40,000 bases of DNA, taken from contig CAVXIA010000001.1 of NCBI GenBank assembly GCA_963761675.1, positions 169,387-209,386 of the forward strand, read 5' to 3'. This DNA is from an uncultured Conexibacteraceae bacterium. Its GTDB lineage: Bacteria > Actinomycetota > Thermoleophilia > Solirubrobacterales > Solirubrobacteraceae. The notes under the pieces are model-generated. The model searched no databases. It was not told the origin of the DNA and saw nothing but the letters and a program-made list of their open reading frames with translations. Shown here piece after piece: positions 28,209 through 35,789 of this stretch. The stretch's first letter is position 1; each line of letters begins with the position of its first letter. Position numbers and translations under genes: made by a program.

Positions 28209-28236
28209 AGCGGACCGCTCCACCTCACGACTGCGT

Positions 28237-28255
28237 CTGTCGCAATCCAGCAGCC
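28237..28255. repeat. Core-less or degenerate copy of the cassette-boundary site
   Basis: The sequence CTGTCGCAAT-CCAGCAGCC matches the arms of the 31288-31320 copy, but the 7-bp core is missing. Confidence 0.5.
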
Positions 28256-28270
28256 ACCTAGCTTCGTCTG

Positions 28271-28303
28271 AGAGTTACGGAATGATCGATATCCACCAGT
28301 GGC
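28271..28303. repeat. Cassette-boundary palindromic site (13-7-13), copy 1
   Basis: AGAGTTACGGAAT GATCGAT ATCCACCAGTGGC. This is the most divergent copy. It lies 19 nt downstream of the stop of ORF 28322. Confidence 0.55.
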
Positions 28304-28321
28304 CGCCGTCAACTCGGTGGC

Positions 28322-28843
28322 TCACTCGGTGTCGGGCGGGGACTGCGGACTTTCGGCTGCCCAGCGACCCAACTCCAACCGGAACCGTTCACCACTTACA
28401 GCCTCTGCGGGCCAGGTCAGTTCAACGGTAACGGCATCACTCATCAGAGGTTCTGGCAACCAGAAGCTGCCCCAAACGGTTGACGTCGATGACGACTGAC
28501 TCTGCTCGTCTCCGAATCCGAGAAGATGAATTCGCGTCAGACTGCGCTTTTGGATCGTCGCAAGCCTGGGCTGTCGCCGACCCCGACGCCGAGCCGCGTC
28601 TGCGCAGACCACGATCCTCAGCTGTCGGAACAACTGGTGAACCGGGGGGTCACGCCGTGGCTGAGGCGCCTCGATCGTCAGGTCAACCGCCAGGCCGCTA
28701 GGCCAGATCCGGAGCCTGTCCACCTGCACCACCGCTGGAGCATCGCAAACCACTTCGGCTGGGTAGACCTCTGAGTCAGGCGGCCCGTCCGGCAGCCGAA
28801 AGCGTTTACTCATCTCCACCGATGCACGGTCGTCGCCCCCCAT
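28322..28843 (-). CDS. Hypothetical protein (cassette 1)
   Basis: ORF 28322..28909. The track start (TTG 28909) lies inside the repeat site and hairpin, so ATG 28843 or ATG 28813 is more plausible. No family was recognised. Confidence 0.45.
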   Translation of the reverse strand: MGGDDRASVEMSKRFRLPDGPPDSEVYPAEVVCDAPAVVQVDRLRIWPSGLAVDLTIEAPQPRRDPPVHQLFRQLRIVVCADAARRRGRRQPRLATIQKRSLTRIHLLGFGDEQSQSSSTSTVWGSFWLPEPLMSDAVTVELTWPAEAVSGERFRLELGRWAAESPQSPPDTE

Positions 28844-28872
28844 AGGTGCAGCCCCGAGTATTCCAACTACTG

Positions 28873-28920
28873 ATTGCGGCAGCGGCTCGGCTGCCGCAAT
28901 GATCGACAAACGGAAGGCCG
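28873..28920. repeat. Cassette-boundary site, copy 2, with an extra inverted arm forming a perfect 11-bp hairpin
   Basis: The site is CGGCTGCCGCAAT GATCGAC AAACGGAAGGCCG (28888-28920). Upstream, ATTGCGGCAGC (28873-28883) pairs perfectly with GCTGCCGCAAT (28890-28900). Confidence 0.8.
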
Positions 28921-28939
28921 GTGGGGTGCGGAAACCCGC

Positions 28940-29344
28940 TTACCGGATCTGCGTGATCAGCCTCGCCCGGACGGTGTGGCCGAGGCGGAGTGTGATCGAG
29001 TGCTTGATGCGCTGGCCATCGACGGTGGCTTCGAGCAGGTAGCGACCAGGGTTGGGGGTCATCATCAGGAACGAGTCGCGTTTGTGCCCGGCAGCCGCGT
29101 ACTCGGCGATCACTTGTCGCCCGCCGGGCCTGAAGAGTCCGATCGAGACCACGGGCACGATCCTGCATCTGCCGGGTGACGGTCCTCCGCACTGCTCCGC
29201 GACAGCCTTGACCTTGGCGCACTTCGCGTTCGGCCAGCAATATGGCTGACTCGCTGGGGCGTGCGACGTGCTGGCGCATCCGGAGATCGCGGCGGACGAC
29301 AGGACGACCACCAGACCGGCCGTGATCCTTGATGTTCTGCACAT
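28940..29344 (-). CDS. Putative lipoprotein, Cys-rich N-terminal half plus beta-rich C-terminal half (cassette 2)
   Basis: It has a signal peptide with the lipobox LSSAAISGC. It resembles the protein at 35790..36236 (CGGP..G..C, PG.Y). Confidence 0.6.
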   Translation of the reverse strand: MCRTSRITAGLVVVLSSAAISGCASTSHAPASQPYCWPNAKCAKVKAVAEQCGGPSPGRCRIVPVVSIGLFRPGGRQVIAEYAAAGHKRDSFLMMTPNPGRYLLEATVDGQRIKHSITLRLGHTVRARLITQIR

Positions 29345-29388
29345 CGGGTCCGCCGATCCTACGTGCGTGGTTGGCGCCTGTCACGCGC

Positions 29389-29421
29389 TGCTTCCCGCCT
29401 TGATCGACGAGGGACAGCGGC
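29389..29421. repeat. Cassette-boundary site, copy 3
   Basis: TGCTTCCCGCCTT GATCGAC GAGGGACAGCGGC. Confidence 0.7.
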
Positions 29422-29465
29422 CGACCGGCAAACACACCGACAGGCTTGCGCTTGTGCAGTACGGC

Positions 29466-30134
29466 TTACGTGTCTGACTCCTTGGGTTCCTGAGTCTCAG
29501 CGTCCGTGGGTGTTCGTTGCTCCTGGTTCTCCTTGGCTACAGCGAGCAGGTCAGACAGTCCGAACTCGTCCCGTCCGTCCGCCAGCGCCCGCCCGCCTGC
29601 GGCCATCAGCAACCTGCGCAACTCCGGGTCCGCGCTGACGACAAGCCGGACATCTTCGGCTCTCGGCCTCGCGGTGGCGCTGCTGTGCGGTTGGTTATCT
29701 GGGCCAGGCAACATGCCGATGACCGTGGTGCGGATCTTCTCGGAATCAATGTCGAAGTCGAGCAGGATGCGGGACGCCACACCCTCGTTCTCACGCACCA
29801 GACCGAGTAGGAGGTGCTCGGTACCGACGTAGTTATGGCCAAGGGCCAACGCCTCACGGAGTGCTAGTTCCAGAATCTTCTTCGCGCGGGGAGTAAAGGG
29901 AATCTCGCCAGAAGTGACTTCCTCTCCGGAGCCAACGATCCGGACCAACTGCTCCAGGGCACCCTCAAACGAAACCCCCAGCGACTCGAGCGCCCGCGCC
30001 GCAAGGCCTTCTCGTTCGCGGAGCAGCCCGAGGAGGATGTGCTCGGTGCCGATGTAGTTGTGCTTGAGCTCTCTGGCCTCCTGCTGTGCAAGAACCACGA
30101 CGTCCCTGGCACGCTCTGTGAATCGCTCGAACAC
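29466..30134 (-). CDS. Stand-alone Clp N-terminal (Clp_R repeat) domain protein, no AAA+ module (cassette 3)
   Basis: MFERFTERARDVVVLAQQEARELKHNYIGTEHILLGLL and a second repeat, HNYVGTEHLLLGLV, match the ClpC/ClpB N-domain. An unrelated ~80-aa tail follows. Confidence 0.85.
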   Translation of the reverse strand: MFERFTERARDVVVLAQQEARELKHNYIGTEHILLGLLREREGLAARALESLGVSFEGALEQLVRIVGSGEEVTSGEIPFTPRAKKILELALREALALGHNYVGTEHLLLGLVRENEGVASRILLDFDIDSEKIRTTVIGMLPGPDNQPHSSATARPRAEDVRLVVSADPELRRLLMAAGGRALADGRDEFGLSDLLAVAKENQEQRTPTDAETQEPKESDT

Positions 30135-30190
30135 GAGTCACAGCATCCCACCGACCGCAAGGGCCAGCCAAGCTCCCGTCAGTCCACCGC

Positions 30191-30223
30191 AGACGGCCGC
30201 TTGGATCGATATGCGGCAGCGGT
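30191..30223. repeat. Cassette-boundary site, copy 4
   Basis: AGACGGCCGCTTG GATCGAT ATGCGGCAGCGGT. Confidence 0.75.
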
Positions 30224-30379
30224 CTATCCAGGCTGAGCATGCACGTGCGGTGGGCCGGTGACCGCGTCGTCGCCGCAGGGACCGTTCTGTCGGAGGCATG
30301 CAGATCGCGAAAGCAGTCGTTCGCGTGGTGCGCGGTTGCACGCAAAGCGCAAGCGAGATCGCGTGCCACGTGGCCTCGG

Positions 30380-31291
30380 TCAGCCTTGCTTGCAGTTGGC
30401 GAGTGCGGATGCGTAGAACCGCAAGTAGCTCCCCCAGTGCGCGTTCCAGTACGCGTAATCGTGCCCGCCCGGCCAGACGTGCATGTGGATCCCGAGGTGG
30501 GCCGCGAGTGTCTCGTCGGCGACGTGGAACGGGTCCTGGTCGCCACCGTCGAGCCACAGGTGCGCGCGCCCGTAGACGTGCGGATCGGCGGCCGTGATCG
30601 CGAGCAGATTGTTGCGCGCGAAGTCCGTCTCGTCATCGAACGCGCCGGCTGCGGTGTCTGCGCCACTGGGCCAGAGCGCAGCGGAGTCCCCGCCGATCGC
30701 GCAGAACCGTCCCGGGTCAAGCCGCGCGATGTCATACGCGCCGAACCCACCCATCGAGATCCCGCCGATCGCTAGCCGTGCCGGATCGGCGTGCAGCCGT
30801 CTCAGGGAGATCGGGATGACCTCGCGTAGTACGTACTCGGCCCACGCTCCGCCCGCGCGGTCATGCCAATAGGAATGATCCCCGCCGTACGGAAAGGCGA
30901 CGTCTGGGGCGCGCGCCCCAAGCGCGTCGAGCGCTGCGAAGAACTGATCGGACAGCTCTGAATTCTGGTCGCCGCCCCGGCCATGCAGAAAGATCAACAG
31001 CGGCCGCCCGCTCCCACCCCCCGGTGGGCTGACCAACGTGATCGGCTCGCGCGCGTGAACAAACCTGCTGTTGATCGTCACGTGAACGATCCGCGTCACG
31101 TGAACGATCCGGGCACCACCAGTCCTCGGCGACCTGATCGACCCAACCACCACGGTCGCCAGGACCGCCACAATCACGACAGTCGCGACGGCGAGCATGC
31201 GGCAACGACGAACGGCCCGCTCCCTGCCAGATTGTGCCCTGTCCACCCTGCGCAACCGTACAGCCCCAGGCAGCCAATGCGCCCGAACCAC
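30380..31291 (-). CDS. Alpha/beta-hydrolase, putative esterase family, membrane-anchored or secreted (cassette 4)
   Basis: It has LIFLHGRGGD, the nucleophile elbow GGISMGG and an N-terminal hydrophobic anchor. An alternative start is ATG 31198. An 18-bp internal tandem duplication lies at 31077-31112. Confidence 0.75.
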   Translation of the reverse strand: MVRAHWLPGAVRLRRVDRAQSGRERAVRRCRMLAVATVVIVAVLATVVVGSIRSPRTGGARIVHVTRIVHVTINSRFVHAREPITLVSPPGGGSGRPLLIFLHGRGGDQNSELSDQFFAALDALGARAPDVAFPYGGDHSYWHDRAGGAWAEYVLREVIPISLRRLHADPARLAIGGISMGGFGAYDIARLDPGRFCAIGGDSAALWPSGADTAAGAFDDETDFARNNLLAITAADPHVYGRAHLWLDGGDQDPFHVADETLAAHLGIHMHVWPGGHDYAYWNAHWGSYLRFYASALANCKQG

Positions 31292-31320
31292 TGTCGCAAT
31301 GATCGAGCAGCAGCAGCCGG
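31288..31320. repeat. Cassette-boundary site, copy 5
   Basis: CCACTGTCGCAAT GATCGAG CAGCAGCAGCCGG. Confidence 0.75.
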
Positions 31321-31339
31321 GATGGACCGCGAGTCGCGG

Positions 31340-31933
31340 TCAGCGTGACCGCACCCTGAGTCGCAACGGAGTCGGCAGCCAACCCCCAGCAGACCTTGTG
31401 ACACCTACCGTGAGCTTGGAGCCTGGTCGTGGACTCTGGGCCGTGATCACGTAGTTCGCGTACAGGTTTGCTCGGTTACCGTCGCGCAGGGCAGGGATGC
31501 TTGCCGCCCACAACAGGTCGTGAACGTGGATCCATTTGATCGCGGCAGATAAGGGCTTTCCCGAAAAGGATGGAACGCGGTACGGGCCCGGCAGAGGCAC
31601 GGGATGCCCGGGGCTTGCCGCTCCGCATGTTGGAATCTTTGCCGACAAAATGACCGTGAAGCCAGGCGGGACGCTTCGACTCGGAGCAGGCGTCGATGAT
31701 GTGACAACCGGGATGCACGCGCCTGACCAATCGACCGAGAACGCGTTCGTGAACGTAACCCTGAACCCGTCGCGGTGCAGCTCGATATAGGCCGCGAGCA
31801 GATTCCTCCCGCTCACGGTCGGGATAGCACGAGCGCTCACCGGATGCGCGGGAGGTCCCGCCGCGCGTGCCAACGATGCGGAACTGATCAGCGCAGCCAG
31901 CGCGGTGAGTAAGAAGAGCTTGGATCGGATCAC
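31340..31933 (-). CDS. Secreted hypothetical protein (cassette 5)
   Basis: It has a clear signal peptide, MIRSKLFLLTALAALISSASLARA. The C-terminal YVITAQSPRPGSKLTVG is PASTA-like, but the assignment is weak. Confidence 0.55.
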   Translation of the reverse strand: MIRSKLFLLTALAALISSASLARAAGPPAHPVSARAIPTVSGRNLLAAYIELHRDGFRVTFTNAFSVDWSGACIPVVTSSTPAPSRSVPPGFTVILSAKIPTCGAASPGHPVPLPGPYRVPSFSGKPLSAAIKWIHVHDLLWAASIPALRDGNRANLYANYVITAQSPRPGSKLTVGVTRSAGGWLPTPLRLRVRSR

Positions 31934-32000
31934 GTCAACTCGTCCACAACACTACGCACGATTCGTAAGCTCATCACAACAGTTTGTAGCCTGGATGTTC

Positions 32001-32037
32001 CGGCTGCCGCAATGTTTCGAGATCCCAGCAGTCTGGT
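32001..32037. repeat. Cassette-boundary site, copy 6 (altered core)
   Basis: CGGCTGCCGCAAT GTTTCGAGATC CCAGCAGTCTGGT. The left arm is perfect and the core is rearranged. Confidence 0.6.
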
Positions 32038-32133
32038 CAATGCTGGATACAGCCCGATCCGTTCGCGAAGCGGCATGCAGTCGTCAGCGTTTGACCACCC
32101 TTGGGCGCATCGACCTCGGCCTGAGCTGCGTGA

Positions 32134-33009
32134 CTATTTCAAAGATGCGGGGCGCCGCATGTCGAACACACCGCATGCGGTCTTGTGGCTGTAGCAGCGA
32201 ACGTTAGGCAGCGCCGACGTTATCGTGCGCGTACGGGTCGTGACTCGCACCGAGGTTGGTCTCGCGGCGAGCCGTTCCTTTAGCAGCTGTCCTCTGGCGG
32301 CTGCGGTCAAAGGCGCGCCCACGATGCGAACGGCCTTCTGGGGCCATAGCGCGACGTACCAGCCGTCGTGGACGACGGCCTGGATTGCCGGGCGGTTCCG
32401 GAAGATGAATTCGACGGCTGTGACATCGCTCCCGGCCTTTCCGTAGTCATAGGCCACCATGCCGAGCTGGTCTTGGCCTGGCCGGTCTCCGAATCCTCCA
32501 AGGCCTGCATCGGTGAGTTGGTCGGGACCGGGAGCGACCAACCGGCGATCGAAAGCCCCGCCATTGGATTGGTATGGGTTGGAGGGGGTACCGGTCATGC
32601 AGAGGAGTGCCGAGCCGCGCGCGTTCGAAACGAGGGCGACAATCCCGCCGTTCTCAGCGCTCACCTTCGGCCCGGTAGCGAACGGACGCTCTATCCCGTT
32701 CCATGCCTGCCTCCGAACGTCGCATCGTCGGACTGCACTCGCGACCACACGCGGGTTCGGTGCGTTCAGAGCCTGGTGAGCGACAGGAGCTCCCGCCCCA
32801 CCCAGATCAAGACCGCCGCCAGCTCCCGCTGCGGAGCCACCGCCGCCGCTGAAGCCGATGATCAAACCGGCTGCAACAAGCACCGCAACGGCCAGCGCCG
32901 CAATGACGCCGCGATGTCGGCGCTGTCGCCTGCGGGCATCCTCGATCACGCCCGCCTTGACATCATCCGGCAGCCGCGGCGATGTGGGTTGAGGGCTCTG
33001 CACAACCAT
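32134..33009 (-). CDS. Single-pass membrane protein, hypothetical (cassette 6, divergent from GntR)
   Basis: 291 aa. A cytoplasmic basic N-terminus precedes a TM segment (VIAALAVAVLVAAGLIIGF), a Gly-rich linker and an extracytoplasmic domain. Confidence 0.5.
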   Translation of the reverse strand: MVVQSPQPTSPRLPDDVKAGVIEDARRRQRRHRGVIAALAVAVLVAAGLIIGFSGGGGSAAGAGGGLDLGGAGAPVAHQALNAPNPRVVASAVRRCDVRRQAWNGIERPFATGPKVSAENGGIVALVSNARGSALLCMTGTPSNPYQSNGGAFDRRLVAPGPDQLTDAGLGGFGDRPGQDQLGMVAYDYGKAGSDVTAVEFIFRNRPAIQAVVHDGWYVALWPQKAVRIVGAPLTAAARGQLLKERLAARPTSVRVTTRTRTITSALPNVRCYSHKTACGVFDMRRPASLK

Positions 33010-33035
33010 CTCAATGTGCTAGGGTAACTGGCACA

Positions 33036-33380
33036 TTGCTGGCTGTCAACATCGACCGCGACGACCCAGCCCACCTGCACGAGCAGGTCGCCACAGAAAT
33101 CCGTCGCGCCATCGCCGACGGCGAAGCGAAACCCGGCGACCGCTTGCCACCCGCCCGGCACCTCGCAGCAGTGATGGGCGTCAACTCCAACACCGTCCTG
33201 CGTGCACTGCGTGCGCTCCGCGACGAAGGATTGATCGAGATGGCCCCGCGACGGGGCATCAAGGTCGTAGGGACCCCGGCCCAGAGTGAGGTGCTGGACA
33301 AGGTCGCCGAACTCGTCCAGATGGCCCGAGCCCGCGGGTACACACGCGCCGACCTATTGCGGATGATCACCAACGCTTGA
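33036..33380 (+). CDS. GntR-family transcriptional regulator (short, YtrA-like)
   Basis: It has the GntR HTH signature PGDRLPPARHLAAVMGVNSNTVLRALRALRDEGLI. A TTG 33036 start avoids overlap with the divergent gene; the track start is 32982. Confidence 0.8.
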   Translation: MLAVNIDRDDPAHLHEQVATEIRRAIADGEAKPGDRLPPARHLAAVMGVNSNTVLRALRALRDEGLIEMAPRRGIKVVGTPAQSEVLDKVAELVQMARARGYTRADLLRMITNA

Positions 33381-33424
33381 TCCGCTCAGGAGATGCCGCG
33401 AGCACAGCAGTCACCCCAAGACAC

Positions 33425-33457
33425 AGCGTGCCGCAATGATCGACATTTGGCAGCGGA
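33425..33457. repeat. Cassette-boundary site, copy 7 (closest to consensus)
   Basis: AGCGTGCCGCAAT GATCGAC ATTTGGCAGCGGA. Confidence 0.8.
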
Positions 33458-33495
33458 GGTCGGACGAGCGTCTCACGCGTGACCGTCCCCGTAAC

Positions 33496-33999
33496 GTGTG
33501 TGACGTGCTGAGCGCGCGAACGGCGGTCGAAGGTGATCAAGCCCAGGCTCTGAGGGTCTGGCGCTCGGCGAATGCTGCCCGCGGCCTTGTGGCAGAGCCT
33601 GGGCGGGTTGCACGCGTGGAGGAGAAGCTCAGTGACACATCAGCTCTTCTCGTGGTCATCGCCGATGACACGCGAGTGGTGGGCATGTCGCTGGCGGAGG
33701 CGTTTAGGGAGCAAGACGGCGCCGGGCCGATCGTTGCTGGTGCTGGGCACATCTCGATGGTGTTCGTCGACCCGGACCGATGGGGTAAAGGGATCGGCGG
33801 TCGTCTACTCCGTGCGCTGCATATCGAGATGCGCGCCGCGACTTGGGAAGAGGCCTCGTTGTGGACTCGCGTCAGCAATGAGCGTGCCCACAGCCTGTAC
33901 TCGCGGAGTGGCTACGTGCGGACTGGCGACGTCAAGCACCTGCCGGGCGGCGATGAAATCGTGCGATACGAAGCGCACCTGACGCCGCTGTCGCCCTGA
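33496..33999 (+). CDS. GNAT-family N-acetyltransferase (cassette 7)
   Basis: It has GNAT motif A, MVFVDPDRWGKGIGGRLLRAL, and motif B, AHSLYSRSGY. The track start ATG 33436 lies inside the repeat site, so GTG 33496 is preferred. The stop overlaps copy 8. Confidence 0.8.
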   Translation: MCDVLSARTAVEGDQAQALRVWRSANAARGLVAEPGRVARVEEKLSDTSALLVVIADDTRVVGMSLAEAFREQDGAGPIVAGAGHISMVFVDPDRWGKGIGGRLLRALHIEMRAATWEEASLWTRVSNERAHSLYSRSGYVRTGDVKHLPGGDEIVRYEAHLTPLSP

Positions 34000-34017
34000 T
34001 CGACTACCGGCACTCCG
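33985..34017. repeat. Cassette-boundary site, copy 8
   Basis: CCGCTGTCGCCCT GATCGAC TACCGGCACTCCG. Confidence 0.75.
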
Positions 34018-34085
34018 GTCAGTGCTGATGTATCCCAAGGGAGAAGGGAGAGGCCCAGCCGCCCCGGATGCGGCCTGACGGCGGG

Positions 34086-35039
34086 TTAGCGCTGCTTTGC
34101 CGAGCCCTCGGGTCTGCTGGGCGCGGTGAGCGCAACGGACAGCATGTGGGCGGCCTCTTGCCAGGGGGACACGCCGGGCTCACCGCCGTGCTGGTATCGG
34201 CGGTGAATGAACTGGATGCCGGCGACAGTGACCCACCAGCGAAGCTCATCGCGTGTCGGCTGCCACTGGCCCTTGAGCTGGTCAAGGTAGCCTCGAGTGA
34301 CAGCCTCCGCGTGTTCTTCTCGGTCGTGTGCAACGTACCCGGATGGTCCCGCGCCGAGGAGGGCGATGAAGATCGCCCGTGCGAGGTCAAGCCCGATAGG
34401 GGCGACGTGCGCGTCTTCCCAGTCGATCAGCACCCCGGTGTTGGCGCCGTCGTCGAGATAGTTTCCCGGGCCCGGGTCGCCGTGCGTGAACACCAGCGTG
34501 CTGCTGCAACGAGGCACCCGCCAGGAGCTCAGTTGCTCCCAATCTTCAACGGTGGCTCTGATCTCACTGAGAGCCTCATCGAGCTCGTTGATTCGCCGCC
34601 TGTGGGCGTGTCCGAACTCAAACGCGTCAAGAACAGCAAGCCCGCTGCCGTCCCAATCGATCCGTGTCAGTCCCGCGATCGCGCGTCCCATCCGAACCCA
34701 AGCCTGTGCGGTTATCGGCGTGTTCCCAGGCGCGCGGTCGGTCACCAGGCAGTACACACGCTCAGTGTTGTACCGCGCGCCTGTGGCGCCGAGGAGACGA
34801 GGTGACGGACCGTGCTGCGCAGTGAGCCAGCTCAGCGCCTGCTTCTCGCAGGCAAGCGACCCGGAGATCCTTTCGAGCTTCACCGCGACCTCCTCGCCGG
34901 TGGCCTCGACCACGCCGAACAGAACCTCGTGACGCGTTCCCTGCACCGGACGTCCCGTTACCCGGATCAGCCGCCCATCATCCAGTTCGATCCGGGCCCC
35001 CTTGGTCACAGATGACATGCTCGCAAGCCGGACAGCCAC
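34086..35039 (-). CDS. Phosphotransferase-family kinase (APH/choline-kinase fold) (cassette 8)
   Basis: It has the catalytic loop FTHGDPGPGN and the metal-binding LIDWEDA, with an N-terminal VAVKL lysine motif. Confidence 0.8.
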   Translation of the reverse strand: MAVRLASMSSVTKGARIELDDGRLIRVTGRPVQGTRHEVLFGVVEATGEEVAVKLERISGSLACEKQALSWLTAQHGPSPRLLGATGARYNTERVYCLVTDRAPGNTPITAQAWVRMGRAIAGLTRIDWDGSGLAVLDAFEFGHAHRRRINELDEALSEIRATVEDWEQLSSWRVPRCSSTLVFTHGDPGPGNYLDDGANTGVLIDWEDAHVAPIGLDLARAIFIALLGAGPSGYVAHDREEHAEAVTRGYLDQLKGQWQPTRDELRWWVTVAGIQFIHRRYQHGGEPGVSPWQEAAHMLSVALTAPSRPEGSAKQR

Positions 35040-35045
35040 CGCGTA

Positions 35046-35078
35046 CCGCTGCCGGATCGATCGAGCTCCGGCAGCGCA
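35046..35078. repeat. Cassette-boundary site, copy 9 (most symmetrical)
   Basis: CCGCTGCCGGATC GATCGAG CTCCGGCAGCGCA. The arms GCTGCCGGA and TCCGGCAGC are perfectly complementary. Confidence 0.85.
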
Positions 35079-35085
35079 GCGTTGC

Positions 35086-35493
35086 TCAGGGGAGGATCTT
35101 GAAGGCAGCCGTGTGGCGGGCGCGCACGATGCTGAAGTGGCGGTGGTCGATGGTCGCGATCTCGGTGACGTTGAGCCGTTCGGCGGCTGCGATTACGGAT
35201 GCATCGACGGTGCCGAGTGGAAGGTCGTGGTATTGGGCGACGAGTTCGGCGATGCGGAGCAGGTCAATGGCGTGCACGGGTTCCAGCGTGAAGTCGCCGG
35301 AGGCGAGATCACCGAGGAGTCGTACTTCCGGGCGCCATCCAAGCCGGGTCGAGACCAGGTAGGAAACCTCAGTCAGAACGAGCGTGGGGATGATCAGCGG
35401 GCCGGGATGTGTTTCGAGTAGCTCGAGGCTGGCGGCGTGGTGGGCGTCATCACCATCGACATACGCGTAGAGCGGGCCGGCGTCGATGATCAG
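35086..35493 (-). CDS. vapC: Type II toxin VapC (PIN-domain RNase)
   Basis: The ORF track shows only the C-terminal 63 aa. Manual translation upstream gives (L)IIDAGPLYAYVDGDDAHH...IIPTLVLTEVSYL...VDASVIAAAERLNVTEIATIDHRHF, which includes the PIN acidic residues. No ATG/GTG/TTG is available. A CTG at 35493 overlaps the vapB TGA (CTGA). Confidence 0.8.
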   Translation of the reverse strand: MIIDAGPLYAYVDGDDAHHAASLELLETHPGPLIIPTLVLTEVSYLVSTRLGWRPEVRLLGDLASGDFTLEPVHAIDLLRIAELVAQYHDLPLGTVDASVIAAAERLNVTEIATIDHRHFSIVRARHTAAFKILP

Positions 35494-35732
35494 CGCGATG
35501 ATTCAACCTCGGCGCGGATGATCTCCTCGATCCGCTCAGAGATATCGCTGTGACCGCTATGTCCGGCCGCCGCGGCCCCAAGCTGGCGGCGCCGGCCTGC
35601 ACCGAGGTGTTCCTCAAGCGCCGTGCGCGTGACCTCGGCGATCGTGCTGCCGCGTCGGTTTGCTTCATGGCGAAGCCTCGCGTCCAGATCGTCTGGGAGC
35701 TTCACGGTCGTTCGTCGCACGTATGCCAGCAT
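35490..35732 (-). CDS. vapB: Type II antitoxin VapB (ribbon-helix-helix, CopG-like)
   Basis: 80 aa. TTVKLPDDLDARLRHEANRRGSTIAEVTRTALEEHL is a typical RHH motif. It lies directly upstream of and overlaps vapC. Confidence 0.8.
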   Translation of the reverse strand: MLAYVRRTTVKLPDDLDARLRHEANRRGSTIAEVTRTALEEHLGAGRRRQLGAAAAGHSGHSDISERIEEIIRAEVESSR

Positions 35733-35746
35733 ATCGCGTCGGACCC

Positions 35747-35779
35747 GCGCTGCCGCAAGGATCGAACCAGGCGTCGTGT
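35747..35779. repeat. Cassette-boundary site, copy 10
   Basis: GCGCTGCCGCAAG GATCGAA CCAGGCGTCGTGT. Confidence 0.7.
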
Positions 35780-35789
35780 GAGGGTTGGA

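Noticed and set aside
30290-30325. CTGTCGGAGGCATGCA-GATCGCG-AAAGCAGTCG as a twelfth, degenerate site in the 156-bp gap downstream of the esterase.
   Set aside because: There is only loose similarity in the arms and the core. It is too weak to count and is noted for PWM scanning.
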